A DNA stretch of 64,000 nt from Kiritimatiellia bacterium (GCA_040767085.1 JAXGPF010000012.1:1-64000), one strand, 5' to 3'. Shown: positions 29,303-39,870, numbered from the stretch's first letter. Notes: a model not told the origin generated them from the letters alone. A program made the numbers and translations.

Positions 29303-30295
29303 TTACGGCCGGGGATGTGCGGCGGCGTAAGCCTTTTTCAGGCTTTCGGCGCTGACATGCGTGTAAATCTGGGTGGTGGAAAGGCTGGCATGGCCCAGCA
29401 ATTCCTGTACGCCGCGCAAGTCCGCGCCGGCATCCAGCATATGCGTGGCGAAAGAATGCCGCAGAGCATGTGGAGAAATTTCCGTGTTCAAGTCCGCGGC
29501 CGCCAGGCATTCTTTCAGCATTCGCTCCACCGATCGCGGCGTCAACCGGCCGCCGCGGCGGTTAATGAATACCGGTCGCGCGCCCCGGGCGCCAGCGGCA
29601 TTGATTTCAACCGGCGCGGGCAACGCCAGTAAAGCCTGCAGCGCCTGGACGGCTGGCATGCCCAAGGGACAAAGCCGTTCTTTCTTGCCCTTGCCCCGCA
29701 CCTTGATTACGCCGGACAGCAAATCGAGCGAATCGTCATTGAGGGCGGTCAATTCGCTGATGCGGATGCCAGCGGAGTACAAAACTTCCAGGAGCGCGGT
29801 ATTGCGGATAATGGAATAATCGAGCCACAACCGCTCCCCTGCCGGCAAGGTTTTGCGCTTTTGCGCGCCGACCTCGCGGGGCGCGTTCAACAGGCGTTCG
29901 ACTTCTTTGACCGTCAGCACCTTGGGCAGGTACTTGCGGCGCTTGGGCATTCGCAGGCCGGCAAAAGGGTTGCCGGGCGTGCATTCTTCGCGGGTCAAGA
30001 ACCGGTAAAATGCCCGCAGACTGGATATTTTGCGGCAAATACTGGCGGGCGCCAGTTGCTCTTTCTGCAGGTTGACGATGAACCGCCGGGCGGCGTATTT
30101 GTCCACGGTGTCCCAGGGCCAGGGCGGCGACTGATCCGCGCCCCATTGCAACGACGCGAATTGCAGCAAATCCTGGCGGTACCCCGCGATGGTATGTTCG
30201 GAATGATTGCGCTCGCCGGCGAGGTGGCGGGCGAAACGCTCCACCAGCGGGTCGCCGGGCGGGTCCGTTGGATTGGATGGATTGGTTTCGGTCAT
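29303..30295 (-). CDS. xerC: Tyrosine recombinase XerC
   Basis: LYSAGIRISEL, GKGKKER, HALRHSFATH, QELLGH, TTQIYTH and AHPR; XerC versus XerD is not firmly resolved. Confidence 0.85.
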   Translation of the reverse strand: MTETNPSNPTDPPGDPLVERFARHLAGERNHSEHTIAGYRQDLLQFASLQWGADQSPPWPWDTVDKYAARRFIVNLQKEQLAPASICRKISSLRAFYRFLTREECTPGNPFAGLRMPKRRKYLPKVLTVKEVERLLNAPREVGAQKRKTLPAGERLWLDYSIIRNTALLEVLYSAGIRISELTALNDDSLDLLSGVIKVRGKGKKERLCPLGMPAVQALQALLALPAPVEINAAGARGARPVFINRRGGRLTPRSVERMLKECLAAADLNTEISPHALRHSFATHMLDAGADLRGVQELLGHASLSTTQIYTHVSAESLKKAYAAAHPRP

Positions 30296-30303
30296 ATTCC
30301 TGG

Positions 30304-31413
30304 CTAAACTTTCTGCATCAGCCAGTCGGCGATGGTTTGAAAACCGTTGATATCGAAACTGCCGCGGTTGCGCAATGTCATGGCCGCCAAGGCGCCGTCC
30401 CGGCGCAGATGCTCCAGGCGCCGGCCGAATGATGCGGCTTGGGCCGGATCGGCAATCGGCTCGGCCGCGCCGTAGCGCAGCAGCAGTTCGCGGTTGAGCG
30501 GGGCGAAGGAGCCGATGCACGGCTCCAGGATGAACATCGGCAGGCCCAGCCCCAGCGCCCAGTTCGCGCGTTCATGCGCCGGCGCCAGAAAATAATCGAA
30601 CTCATGAAAACGGCTGGCGGTGAGGCGATCCAGTTCGGCGCGCGTCTGATATGTCAGGATGGCCGTGCGGTCCCCGGCCGGGCCGCTGCCTTTGACGGGC
30701 GCCGCCATGCGCCGCGCGAGGCGGCCGCCGGCGCGCGCAAACACCAGGCACTTTCCGCCGGCGCGGGCGGCGGAATCGGCCGCCCGCGCGAGCAGTTCCA
30801 CATGCGGCGCGGGTTCCGCCCCGGACGAGAAAAAGGCGCCTGTCAGCGGTTCGTCTGCCTGGTACCGCCGCAGGCGGTTCTCCGCCAGTGCGCCGGCGCG
30901 CGCGGCCAGCGCGGGCTCGATGCACAGGCCGGAAACAAAAATGCGCGCGGCCGCCAGGCCGTGCCGCTTCAAGACATCCGCCTGGGCGGCCAGCGGGACG
31001 ATGCAATGTCCCTGGCTGTTGACCATGGCTTCGGCGGGCAACGCCAGCTCGCCGTGCTGGTAAACCAGACCCGGATGATCGCGCAGGATCGCGGCCAGCA
31101 GGGGGTGCGAGACCACCAGCGGCCCGGCCAGGCGGGCGGCGGCGCGGCGCGCCGGCTGCCCCAGCGCTCGCAGCGCCAACGGATGATTCCGGCAATCGGC
31201 GCGGCGGCGCAGCCGGTCATACCAGGTTGAGCCGCCGCCGAGGGAGGACCCGCGCGCGTAAAGTCCGGCCGCCAGCCGCCAGGCGGCGCGGGCGGCGCGT
31301 CCGGGGAGGTCGGCGATGTCCCATGCTTCCACGTCGGCCGGCGGGAGGCAGGCGCGAAGGCCATCCAGGTAAAACGGGTGGCCGCGGCCGATGTTGACGT
31401 ATAACAGGATCAT
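30304..31413 (-). CDS. Hypothetical protein, possibly GT-B glycosyltransferase-like
   Basis: N-terminal NIGRGH and SHP motifs resemble diacylglycerol glycosyltransferase-like proteins. Confidence 0.5.
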   Translation of the reverse strand: MILLYVNIGRGHPFYLDGLRACLPPADVEAWDIADLPGRAARAAWRLAAGLYARGSSLGGGSTWYDRLRRRADCRNHPLALRALGQPARRAAARLAGPLVVSHPLLAAILRDHPGLVYQHGELALPAEAMVNSQGHCIVPLAAQADVLKRHGLAAARIFVSGLCIEPALAARAGALAENRLRRYQADEPLTGAFFSSGAEPAPHVELLARAADSAARAGGKCLVFARAGGRLARRMAAPVKGSGPAGDRTAILTYQTRAELDRLTASRFHEFDYFLAPAHERANWALGLGLPMFILEPCIGSFAPLNRELLLRYGAAEPIADPAQAASFGRRLEHLRRDGALAAMTLRNRGSFDINGFQTIADWLMQKV

Positions 31414-31602
31414 GTTTGGTTTATAACAGAGTTGCTTTTAAAAGTCAGCTTTATAAACTGGCGCAAGAGCATCTGCGCACCAAATCACCAAAAAAAAGCA
31501 CCGGATTACAAGATTTATTCGCATGGCATGATATGTTGGTGGTCAATACATGGCGCATAATGGGCGCCAGGAAGCCGCCAAGCATCAGGAGGACTGTCAA
31601 GC

Positions 31603-32991
31603 ATGAAAACGCGCAAAAGATTCACCAAACTGGCGATCGAACATCCGGATGAATTGCTGTTCGGCCGGGCGCCGCACCCGGTGCGCACCCGCCAGGGGCT
31701 GGTCATCGGCGGAGGCACGGTTTACCCGGAATTGAATTTCACCTTGCCGCCCGTTTCCATCGAAGCCGCCACCATGCCGGCCATCCGCCGGGAATATCGC
31801 GCCATCATCCGGAGCGCCGCCGAACGCGCCGCGGCCCTGGCTGCCCCCGGGTTGGTGGTGGAGTTTGAGACGCTGCCGCCCATGGTGGAACATCCGGAGT
31901 GGGGGATCGAACTGACAGGCATCCTGCTGGAGGAACTGGAAAATTTCCGGCAAAGCCATGGCTTGCGGAGCGCGCTGCGCATCACGCCGAATGACACGCG
32001 CGAAATGGAGCGCCCGCCGCAGATGCGGCAGGGCCCGTGGTTGGAGGGGATGCTCCAGGTCTTCGAAAAAACGGCGGGGCTGGGCGCGGAACTGCTCAGC
32101 ATCGAATCGGTCGGCGGCAAGGAATTACATGATGAAGCCCTGGCCAGTTGCGACCTGCCGGGAGTGATTTTCGCGCAGGCGGTGCTGGGCGTACGGGACA
32201 TGGAATTCCTGTGGGACCATCTGAAGGACATCGCCGACCGGCATGGCGTGATATGCGCGGGCGACACTGCTTGCGGGTTTGCCAACACCGCCATGGTCCT
32301 GGCCGACCGGGGCATGATTCCGCGCGTGTTCGCGGCGGTAGTGCGGGCCATCAGCGCCGTGCGCTCGCTGGCGGCCTACGAATGCGGGGCGGTGGGGCCG
32401 GGCAAAGATTGCGGGTACGAGAATGTATTTCTGAAAGCGATTACCGGCTGTCCCATGTCCATGGAAGGCAAGACGGCCGCCTGCGCGCATTTGAGCGCGG
32501 TGGGCAATATCGCGGCGGCGGCCTGCGACCTCTGGAGCAATGAGTCGGTGCAGGATATCAAGCTGTTGAGCGGGATGGCCCCCACCTGTTTCATGGAACA
32601 ATTGATCTACGATTGCCGGCTGATGAACACCGCCGCCGCGGATGGGCCTGCCGGCGCGCTCAAACTGCGCGACTGGCTGGTCAAAAGCGATGCGCGCCTG
32701 GACCCCCAGGCCTTCATCCTGGCGCCGGAAAATGTTCTGGCCATCGCGCGCGCCATCGTGGCGGCCCCTGGCCATTACCGGGCCGCTTGCGCGGCGGCGG
32801 CAAAAACCATCAGCCTGCTGGAGGAAGGCGGGCGGGCGGGGGTGGTCAGCATCAGCCCGCGCGAGCAGCCCTGGTTGGATCGCATGCGCGAGGGCTTGGC
32901 GGAAATGCCGGAACGGGAAGATGCTTTCATCGCGCAGATGTTGCCGCTGGTGGATGCGCAGCGTTGCCGGTTGGCGGAATACGGACTGTGA
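31603..32991 (+). CDS. mtaB: Methanol:corrinoid methyltransferase MtaB-family protein
   Basis: GG.VYPELNF, LSIESVGGKE, GDTACGFANTAM, GPGKDCGYEN, SMEGK.AACAH and DLWSNES motifs. Confidence 0.88.
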   Translation: MKTRKRFTKLAIEHPDELLFGRAPHPVRTRQGLVIGGGTVYPELNFTLPPVSIEAATMPAIRREYRAIIRSAAERAAALAAPGLVVEFETLPPMVEHPEWGIELTGILLEELENFRQSHGLRSALRITPNDTREMERPPQMRQGPWLEGMLQVFEKTAGLGAELLSIESVGGKELHDEALASCDLPGVIFAQAVLGVRDMEFLWDHLKDIADRHGVICAGDTACGFANTAMVLADRGMIPRVFAAVVRAISAVRSLAAYECGAVGPGKDCGYENVFLKAITGCPMSMEGKTAACAHLSAVGNIAAAACDLWSNESVQDIKLLSGMAPTCFMEQLIYDCRLMNTAAADGPAGALKLRDWLVKSDARLDPQAFILAPENVLAIARAIVAAPGHYRAACAAAAKTISLLEEGGRAGVVSISPREQPWLDRMREGLAEMPEREDAFIAQMLPLVDAQRCRLAEYGL

Positions 32992-34231
32992 TGCCGGATT
33001 CAGGGTGATCCCAGGACGCGCAATGCCGGCGCCGGTAATCGGCGGGAGTGACGCCGGTGTTTTGGCGGAAAACGCGGGAAAAGTAACTCTGGTCGGAAAA
33101 GCCGCACTCAAAGGCGATGTGCACGAGGCTTTTATCGGTGCGGGCGAGCAGCTCGCGCGCGCGGTTCACCCGCAAGTGCGTCAGGATTTTGGTAAAGGAT
33201 TGCCCGGCATGCGCCGTGAGCATGCGCGAAAAATGGCTGGGCGACATCCCAACGGCCCGCGCGGCGGAATTGCGGGTGAGGTCCCGGTCGAGGTGCTGCC
33301 GCAGGTGTTCCAGCGCGCGTTCCAGGATGTGCGCGTGCGGATTGTAATGGCGCTGCGCGCCGGATGTAAGTTGCGCCAGCAATTCATCCACCCATTTTTG
33401 CGCCGCCGCCTGGTTGCAGAGCGCGGGCAGCCGCATTATGGTCCGGTGGAACGCGCCAGCCAGCGCCGGCGGGTCGCCGCCAGCCTCTAACGCGGCGCGG
33501 TAGCACATGACCGCCAATTCCAGGGCTATGTTCCGGGTTTGCGCCAGATCGTCCGGCGGCAAACCCGCCAGGATGCGGCAGGTGATGCGATGCGCCCGGT
33601 CCGCGTCGCTGTCATGCACTGCGGTCAGCAGGGCCGGCTCCTCGCGCAGATATACCAGCCGGGCCTCCGGCCGCCGCCAGGTTTTAACGGCGTGAATGGC
33701 TTCCGCCTTGTCGCGTTCGCGCCGGGCCGCCAGGCGCTGTTGCAGCATCCGGGCGGCGTTCAGGAGATTGCGCCGCTCCGCCAGCTCCTGCAGGGCGACG
33801 ATGGCGGCGCGGATGCGCGCCGGCGGGAGGGTCTGGCCGGATGGATTTTCCGGGGCCACGCCCACCACCACCAGCCCGCCCAGCAGCAGGTCGTTCAGCA
33901 TCAGCGGCACGGCCCATAATAAAAAACCGGCCGGGCAGATTGCCAGGCAGGATTCGCCCCAGCGCAACGCTTCCGCCACCGCGTCGCGCCGGGTGGCGCA
34001 ACAAGCGGCTGCCTGCCCGCAGCGCCGGCAGGCGGCGCGTCCGTAAAATATCGCTCCCGCGGGAGTGACGCAGACCAGGGGAAACCCGGTCAGGTCCATG
34101 TAAGTTTGCTGCAGGTTGCGGAACTCCGCCGGACTGAGCAGGCGAGCGGGCGAGGCCGGCGCGGGTGGCGGCGGGACAACGGCGCGGCGGCCGGGTCTGC
34201 CGGCGCCGGGATGTGTCGGGCATGGCTTCAT
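32927..34231 (-). CDS. AraC family regulator with PocR-like sensor domain
   Basis: N-terminal Cys-containing PocR-like region (C..C...CC, CPAG); C-terminal AraC HTH (IAFECGFSDQSYFSRVFR). Confidence 0.85.
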   Translation of the reverse strand: MKPCPTHPGAGRPGRRAVVPPPPAPASPARLLSPAEFRNLQQTYMDLTGFPLVCVTPAGAIFYGRAACRRCGQAAACCATRRDAVAEALRWGESCLAICPAGFLLWAVPLMLNDLLLGGLVVVGVAPENPSGQTLPPARIRAAIVALQELAERRNLLNAARMLQQRLAARRERDKAEAIHAVKTWRRPEARLVYLREEPALLTAVHDSDADRAHRITCRILAGLPPDDLAQTRNIALELAVMCYRAALEAGGDPPALAGAFHRTIMRLPALCNQAAAQKWVDELLAQLTSGAQRHYNPHAHILERALEHLRQHLDRDLTRNSAARAVGMSPSHFSRMLTAHAGQSFTKILTHLRVNRARELLARTDKSLVHIAFECGFSDQSYFSRVFRQNTGVTPADYRRRHCASWDHPESGITVRIPPTGNAAHPPAATSAR

Positions 34232-34253
34232 GCGCTGGATTGCTCCGGGCGCT

Positions 34254-34739
34254 TCAAACAGATTGCTTGTCAGACGAGGCCGCCAATTTCTTGGTCAGGA
34301 CGAACATCTTGAAGGCATCGGTGACGATGACGTCTTCCGCGTGGAATCCCTGTTTCAGGCAAAGCTGCAACGCCTGCTGCATCTGGTCCGTGCCCCGGAA
34401 ATTGACATTCTGGTAATGCCGGTCGAAACAGAATTCCAGGGCTTTGCAAAGAAGCATGGCGCCGTATCCCTGGCCGCGGCAATCCTTGCGGACAAACACC
34501 CGGCGCAGGAGAGCGGTATCGGGCGCATCCTCCTTGATGGCGACGGTGCCGACAATGCGGCCGTCTTTTTCCGCCACGAGGAAAATATCCTTGGCGCCGC
34601 TGTAGTAGGCGGAGGGATTTTCCAGGTCGTGCCGGGCGTAAGCGCCCTGCACGGCGCCGAATTCATCGCGCATGATTTCATCAATCAACTGGCGGACCTG
34701 CGTGTTGTCGGCGGGTTGAATCTGGCGGATGGAAATCAT
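34254..34739 (-). CDS. GNAT family N-acetyltransferase
   Basis: LRRVFV...RGQGYG motif A. Confidence 0.88.
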   Translation of the reverse strand: MISIRQIQPADNTQVRQLIDEIMRDEFGAVQGAYARHDLENPSAYYSGAKDIFLVAEKDGRIVGTVAIKEDAPDTALLRRVFVRKDCRGQGYGAMLLCKALEFCFDRHYQNVNFRGTDQMQQALQLCLKQGFHAEDVIVTDAFKMFVLTKKLAASSDKQSV

Positions 34740-34770
34740 GGTGTGCCTTCCTGGTTCGGCCGGGTTTGTT

Positions 34771-37506
34771 TCATGGGGGCGGGGCGGCGGCGTCCGGCGC
34801 GCCGCCATTGGCCGGGGCGGCGGGCGTGGGGAGTTCCAACTCGGGGCGCTGCCGCGGCTTGGTGTTCTCTTCCTGGTCGGGATCAGGCTTGGCCAGGTCG
34901 CTGGCGGTCCATCCCTTCAGCCACAAGTTGGTGGAAGCGCCCATGGCGGAATGGCGCCGGGCGGTCTCTTCCATGGCGCGTTCCGGGGTGTCCAGCACGT
35001 AGGGCGTGATCATGACCAGCAATTCGCGCCGGGCTTTTTCCTCGGAATCGGAACGGAACAACATGCCCAGCAGCGGAATCCGGCGCAAAAATGGAATGCC
35101 GGTGTTCCCGGTGGACTCCTCCGTGCTGACCAGCCCGCCCAGCACGATGGTCCGGCCGTCGTTGATGGCGACGGAGGCGTTCAGTTCGCGGGTGGTGATA
35201 ATCGGCACCTTGTTCTGGTCAATTGTCACATCGCCGCCGACGTTGTCGATGGTCTGCTCGATGTCCATCACCACGAACCCTTTTTTATTGATGCGCGGCG
35301 TCACCACCAGTTCGATGCCGATGTCGGTGTAGGCGTAGCCCGATTGCTGCACGCCGCCGGAAGATAAACTGGTGGAGGTGACGATGGGCCGCCGTTCGCC
35401 CACGAGGATTTTAGCCTCGGTATTGTCGGTGGTGAGGATAATCGGCGTCGAAAGAATGCGGGCGTCGGATGAAGTGGCCAGCATGTTCAACACGGCGTCA
35501 ATGTTGAAGTCAAAGAACGTAAAATAATAAGTCAGGCCGGAGCCGGGCCCGGCCGGGCTGTCGCCGATGGTGTTGATGGCGGCGGCGTTGCGCAGCACGG
35601 CCTCGGCGCCGGCCCGGCTGGCGCCTGAGAACCCCAGGAATGCCCGGCGTCCGCCCGATTGTTTTTCATTGTAGGCAATCATCGAGCGTTGCAGCCAGTC
35701 CACGCCCATGCGCGTGTTGTCGTCCAGATTGACCTCAATGATGACCACCTCGATCAGGACCTGGGAGAGCATGATGTCCACCTTGGTCAGGACGTCTTCA
35801 ATCACCTCCATGTCGGTTTTGCTGGCCATGATCAGCAGCGCGTTGATGCGGGGATCGGCGATGATTTTGACGTCATCGGAAAGCCGGCCTTCAATGGTAA
35901 TTTCGCCGCCCGCGTTGCCGCCGCCGGCGGGGGCAGGCTGGGCCGGCGCAGGCTGGGGAAAGGATGTCGGCAGCGGCCGGGTGCGGCTGTCGTCCTGTCT
36001 CTTGTCGGTGGGTGTTTTAGCGGTCGAGGATGACTTGGAGGCGCCGACCAGGCTGTTTAAAACATCCACCACTTTCTCAGAATCGGCGTATTCCAGGCGG
36101 ATGACCTTGATGGAAACATCCGGGTCAACCTGTTTGTCGAGGGCGGCGATGATGTTGTCGAAAAAGTCAAATTGGTCCGGCCGGGTGATGATGATCAGAA
36201 TGTTCGTGCGGTCGTCGGCGACGATTTTAACCTTACCCTGGATCAGGCTGCGTTCCAGGGAGCCGGCGGCGGAGGGGGTGGCCGCGGCGGCGGCCGGGGT
36301 CGGCGGCTGGCCGGGACGGCGGAGCGGCATGCGCGCGGCGAGCAACTGCTGCCGCAGCAGGGAGGCGCGGTTGTCGGTGGTCTGGGTATCGGCGATAATG
36401 GCTTCGATTTTCGACTGGATTTCGGAAGCCTTAGCGTAGCGGATTTGAAAAATACGGAATTCCTCGCGGGAACCGATGGGCAGATCGATTAATTCCAGCA
36501 CCTCGGCGATCCGTTTCAGGTTGACGGCGGTGTCGGTGATCAGCAGGCAGTTGATGCGTTCCAGCGGAATGATCTTGCCGTTGGGGCTGACGAGATTCTG
36601 CAGCGTGCCCTGCGCCTCGGCGATTTCCAGGTGCTTCAATTCCATGATGCGGCTGACCAGGTGGCCGGTGTCGCTGACCTTTTCATCCAGCGGCCCGGTC
36701 AAGGTGGCCATGCCGGACTGGCGGGCGACGCCGATGGGGACGACTTTCAGGAACTTATCGCCCATCGGCACCAGGGCAATGCCATGCATGCCCAGGATGC
36801 CCTCAATGGCCAGCAAAGCTTCGCGCTTGGGGATGCGGCGCGGGCATTTTAACGTGATTTTCGCCGCCGGAACATCCGGCGCTTTCATCAAGGCCCGTCC
36901 AGTCCATTCGCTGTACTGCTTCAAGACTTCATCCACATCCCAGTTTTCGTACTTGAGCCGCACCGGCAATTCATCCGAGTTGGTGGTGACCAGGTCCGGT
37001 TCCCAGTCGTCTTCATCTTCCGCTGCGATTCCGGCGGCCGCCTGATCCGACGCGGAAGAGGGGGTGAACCCGGTGAAAGGCCCCGCGGTGACTGGCGCGG
37101 CGGCAGGCTGACCGGCGCTGCCATCGCCAATGTTCCGCAGGCTTTTTTCAGGCCTGCTGGCCGCCGGGCTGGCCGGCAGTTCCGGCGCGGCGGCATGGGG
37201 GGGCACGGCCTCCGCCGATGCCGGGGCGAGTTGACCGGCGCGGTCATTGTCCGGCATGAAAACAGGGAGCGGCGCATTGGTGAGCGGGACCGGCTGGAAA
37301 AAATTCGGCGGGTTGGTAGTTCCCGGCGCAAATCCGAAAACCGGCGGGCGCGCGGACGGCTGGATTTTGCCGGCCTGGCCGGCGGCGGGCGCCTGCTCCG
37401 AGCCGCTGCCGGGTTCTTCCGCGTCGGCGAGGCGGGCCGTGACGAACAGCCCGGCGGCAAACAAGGCCGCGGGCAGGCATTTTAGAATATGGCGGTGCAT
37501 GTTCAA
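34771..37506 (-). CDS. gspD: Type II secretion secretin
   Basis: N0-N3 domains (D.RTN.L repeats), QVLIEVVIIEV, TPRIN, VLGGL, GIPFL..IPLLG.LF, ELLVMITP. Confidence 0.92.
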   Translation of the reverse strand: MNMHRHILKCLPAALFAAGLFVTARLADAEEPGSGSEQAPAAGQAGKIQPSARPPVFGFAPGTTNPPNFFQPVPLTNAPLPVFMPDNDRAGQLAPASAEAVPPHAAAPELPASPAASRPEKSLRNIGDGSAGQPAAAPVTAGPFTGFTPSSASDQAAAGIAAEDEDDWEPDLVTTNSDELPVRLKYENWDVDEVLKQYSEWTGRALMKAPDVPAAKITLKCPRRIPKREALLAIEGILGMHGIALVPMGDKFLKVVPIGVARQSGMATLTGPLDEKVSDTGHLVSRIMELKHLEIAEAQGTLQNLVSPNGKIIPLERINCLLITDTAVNLKRIAEVLELIDLPIGSREEFRIFQIRYAKASEIQSKIEAIIADTQTTDNRASLLRQQLLAARMPLRRPGQPPTPAAAAATPSAAGSLERSLIQGKVKIVADDRTNILIIITRPDQFDFFDNIIAALDKQVDPDVSIKVIRLEYADSEKVVDVLNSLVGASKSSSTAKTPTDKRQDDSRTRPLPTSFPQPAPAQPAPAGGGNAGGEITIEGRLSDDVKIIADPRINALLIMASKTDMEVIEDVLTKVDIMLSQVLIEVVIIEVNLDDNTRMGVDWLQRSMIAYNEKQSGGRRAFLGFSGASRAGAEAVLRNAAAINTIGDSPAGPGSGLTYYFTFFDFNIDAVLNMLATSSDARILSTPIILTTDNTEAKILVGERRPIVTSTSLSSGGVQQSGYAYTDIGIELVVTPRINKKGFVVMDIEQTIDNVGGDVTIDQNKVPIITTRELNASVAINDGRTIVLGGLVSTEESTGNTGIPFLRRIPLLGMLFRSDSEEKARRELLVMITPYVLDTPERAMEETARRHSAMGASTNLWLKGWTASDLAKPDPDQEENTKPRQRPELELPTPAAPANGGAPDAAAPPP

Positions 37507-37606
37507 GTTCAGTATAGCAGAAAGGATGGAGCAATTTTAACGGTTTGTTCCGATTAACTCACGAGAGTATTCCAAAAAATCGGGCAAAGGGCAATAAATT
37601 TACACT

Positions 37607-38263
37607 TTATTCCGCCGTCTCGGCTGCCGGTGTTTCAGCTGGTTCGGCTGACGAATTGGTTGGGGATTGGCCCGCGGGGCCGGGGGCGGTTTCGGCCGGG
37701 GCGCCGGCCGCCGCAGGCTGGCTGGCGGCGTCGTCGGGCGAGAGCCGGCTGTATATGCATACGATGACGAAATTGCCTTTCAATTTGGCGTCTTTGCCGG
37801 AAACCAGGGAGACGGTCAATTCCTCCATGTCCATCACCGCGGATTGTTTTTCCAGGGCGTAGATAAACCGCACCAGGGCTTCCAATTCGCCTTCCCATGT
37901 GCAATCGATCAGCAATTCCAGCAGATCGCCGAATGCCTTTTCCTTTTGCGCGTTGCGCTTGATCAACGTCAGGTTGCTTTCGCCTGCCAGCCGCTCCAGC
38001 AGGCGCAGGTAGTCGGCGGTCACGTCGCGGTCGGCAGGATGGCGGTCAACGCTGGTGCGGAGTTTATCCATACGTTCCACCCATTGCGGGCGCTGGTCCA
38101 CCAGGCGTTGGGCGAGCTTGATTTGCTCGGTAACGGCCTGGTGGTAATGGCGCATTTCCTGCCAGGCGGCCAGGCGGGGGTGAATCACCCAGTAGGTCAT
38201 TCCCGTCAGCAATACCAGCCCGGTGCACCACCCCAGGATCAATTCGCGTTGGGAGATTTTCAC
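37607..38263 (-). CDS. GspM/PilO-like inner-membrane platform protein
   Basis: ISQRE plus TM, coiled coil and ferredoxin-like domain; operon position. Confidence 0.75.
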   Translation of the reverse strand: MKISQRELILGWCTGLVLLTGMTYWVIHPRLAAWQEMRHYHQAVTEQIKLAQRLVDQRPQWVERMDKLRTSVDRHPADRDVTADYLRLLERLAGESNLTLIKRNAQKEKAFGDLLELLIDCTWEGELEALVRFIYALEKQSAVMDMEELTVSLVSGKDAKLKGNFVIVCIYSRLSPDDAASQPAAAGAPAETAPGPAGQSPTNSSAEPAETPAAETAE

Positions 38264-39816
38264 TTGGGCTCCTCGGGGAAGCGGGCGTTCATCTGGAAGG
38301 TTTGCACCGTAATTTCCCGGCGCTTGCCGGGTTGGACGCTGCCCATTTCAACCTGGTCGAACAGCGCTGTCCCGTCAAGCGCCTGCTTGAAATCATAAAT
38401 CGGCTCGACGGTTTCGGCTTCACCGCGCAAGATCACGCTCCGCCCGCGTTTGAAGTGGAAGGAAGTAATATTGGCGCCGGCTGGCAAAAGGTGGCTGACT
38501 TCCCGCAGGGCTTCCAGGGCCAGGCGGTTGCGGGCCAGGGATTGCTCGAATGAGCGCAATTTGCGCTGTAACATGCGCACTTCTTCCGACGGCACTTTCA
38601 GGGATTGCATCCGCGCGTCCAGGCGTTCGTTGCGGATGCGCTCCAGGCGGTAGCCGCTGAAAAACGCCCCCATGCCGGCCAGCCATACCGCCAGGATCGC
38701 GGCGGTCGCCAGCAGCAATTTGCGTTTTAATTGCCGCGCCGCCGACGCCGCGCGCCAGGCCGCGGGGATGAAGTCCATGACCGCCTTCTCGCCCTGGGGG
38801 ACGGCGCGCGGCTGGAACGGCGGGGCAAGCATCCGCCGGGCGATGGAGGAACTCAAGGCCGGCAGGTCGGCCAACGGGGCGAGTTCCACCGGACAGTTCA
38901 AAGCCTTGGCCAGAATGTCCCGCCAGGCCGGTGTTCCGGTCCCGCCGCCGGACTCAGGCAGGACACCGGCTCCGGCGGAGCCATCCCGGATATCCTCCCT
39001 GGCCCCGTCCTGCCCGCCGCCGGACCAGAAACGCACTCCGGCAATGGCGGCCGGCCCCTGTTCGATATCCAGCGCCAGGGTTAAATTCTGAATTTCCAGC
39101 ACCAGTTCGGCGGCGAATTCTTCCGGGGGCAGTTCTTCCGGAAAGTGCATCAGGTTGAATGACAGCGGCTGCCCGCGCTGCGCAGTGATCAGCAGAATCT
39201 GGCCGGCTTCCAAGATGCCGAAGATACGCCGGTCAGCGCCGGAGTCCCGGCTGGCACCGGAGTCCCGGCTGGCACCGGAGTCCCGGCTGGCGCCGGAGTC
39301 CCGGCTGCCGATGTAGTCGCGGATAACGCGCCACCAGACTGCGGGCGCGGCATCCAGACGCCGCAAATCCAGCCCGGCGCCGGCGCAGAGCGCGCCGATG
39401 AAATCCACGGATTCCTTCTGCACGCCGGCCATCAGCACCAGCCGGCGGTTTTCGCTGCTCTCCAGCGTTTCATAGGCAATGGCCATGTGATCGTCGGGAA
39501 ACGGCGAAATCTTGTCCATCTGCAGTTGGATCATGCTGTCCATTTCCGCGGCGTCGCAGGCTGGCAGTTCCATGACGCGGATCAACATGCGTTCCGAGGG
39601 CAGGGCAAAGGCAACCGGGCCAGCCAGGGCGGGAAATTGCTTCCGGAGCTGCGCGGCCAGGGCCTTGGGATCCGCGGCCGCCGCGTCGTCAACTTCCAGG
39701 GCGCCGGATTCCGGCGGGGCGTAAACCGGTCCCTCCGGCCCCGCTGTCACGGCGGTCCAGTGGAATGTGTTGCCGCGCCGGAACATGCCGGTGATTATTT
39801 TCTTGCCGATGCGCAT
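38260..39816 (-). CDS. GspL-like (PilM-PilN fusion) protein
   Basis: Actin-like N-domain (ISPFP), single TM, PilN-like C-domain. Confidence 0.78.
   Translation of the reverse strand: MRIGKKIITGMFRRGNTFHWTAVTAGPEGPVYAPPESGALEVDDAAAADPKALAAQLRKQFPALAGPVAFALPSERMLIRVMELPACDAAEMDSMIQLQMDKISPFPDDHMAIAYETLESSENRRLVLMAGVQKESVDFIGALCAGAGLDLRRLDAAPAVWWRVIRDYIGSRDSGASRDSGASRDSGASRDSGADRRIFGILEAGQILLITAQRGQPLSFNLMHFPEELPPEEFAAELVLEIQNLTLALDIEQGPAAIAGVRFWSGGGQDGAREDIRDGSAGAGVLPESGGGTGTPAWRDILAKALNCPVELAPLADLPALSSSIARRMLAPPFQPRAVPQGEKAVMDFIPAAWRAASAARQLKRKLLLATAAILAVWLAGMGAFFSGYRLERIRNERLDARMQSLKVPSEEVRMLQRKLRSFEQSLARNRLALEALREVSHLLPAGANITSFHFKRGRSVILRGEAETVEPIYDFKQALDGTALFDQVEMGSVQPGKRREITVQTFQMNARFPEEPK
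39236..39307 (-). repeat. In-frame 18-bp tandem repeat x4 (SRDSGA)
   Basis: gcrccggagtcccggctg repeated four times. Confidence 0.95.
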
Positions 39817-39870
39817 AACCTGGCATTGTCCATGATTGCCCGGAATCTGTCAATTCCTATCGCCGCGGGC

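Noticed and set aside
29303..30295. Tyrosine recombinase as an island or integron integrase
   Set aside because: It has housekeeping XerC/D features (AHPR end), host-like GC, no integron-specific insertion, no attC array, and lies 13 kb from the island.
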